Of a stretch of 64,000 nt of DNA, positions 63,681 to 64,000 are shown one piece after another. The notes below the pieces were generated by a model. It searched no databases. It saw only the letters and a list, made by a program, of their open reading frames with translations, and had not been told where the DNA came from. Source of the DNA: Octopus sinensis. Lineage: Eukaryota. The position numbers were made by a program, and so were the translations under genes. Position 1 is the first letter of the stretch; each line of letters begins with the position of its first letter. The stretch covers positions 14,818,001-14,882,000 of the forward strand of contig NC_043007.1 of assembly GCF_006345805.1 (NCBI RefSeq). The letters are read 5' to 3'.

Positions 63681-64000
63681 TAAATGAAATACTTTTTATG
63701 ACATGTGAAAAGCACCATTTGAGTGTGGTTGTTGCCAGTGCCGCCTGACTAGTTCCCGTACCAGTAGCACATAAAGAACACCATTTGAGTGTGGTCATTG
63801 CCAGTACTACCTGACTGGCCCTCATACCAGTGGCATGTAAAAAGCACCCAGTACACTTTCAGAGTGGTTGGCGTTAGGAAGGCATTCAACTGTAGAAACC
63901 TTGCCAGATCAGAATGGAGCCTGGTACAGCCTTCTGGCTTGCCAGTCTCAGTCAAACCGTCCAACCCATGCCAGCATGGAAAGCGAACGTTAAATGATAA

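Overview
Repeat-dense animal genomic DNA, probably octopus (inferred from the SINE families and the (TA)n/(TATG)n/(GATA)n load). It holds two convergent, partial spliced genes. (1) Plus strand, 3896-36408: eleven coding exons of a GALNT7/pgant7-like polypeptide GalNAc-transferase; the N-terminal TM exon is not seen. The exons are intact and phase-consistent apart from one unresolved junction. The DxH motif is kept, but WGGEN has become QGGEN, the third Mn-ligand His has become Tyr, FHNE has become FRDE and the lectin-alpha CLD has become CSY. The last exon reads past the usual C-terminus into a ~260-aa Gln-rich (QKQPE-Qn) tail that a 1-nt insertion ends in a Thr-rich stretch. (2) Minus strand, 63124-58387: the last four exons of TECPR2, ending in the LIR motif EDDWEIV. 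The rest is mostly mobile DNA: two RTE-type LINEs with a PHD-like finger inside the RT, Penelope-like remnants with four minimal hammerhead-ribozyme folds, a candidate HDV-like fold, Helitrons, piggyBac-like MITEs, a Tc1/mariner and a hAT deletion derivative, an 819-bp foldback, several long hairpins, three SINE families and minisatellites. All orthologue comparisons are from recalled family motifs, not database searches.
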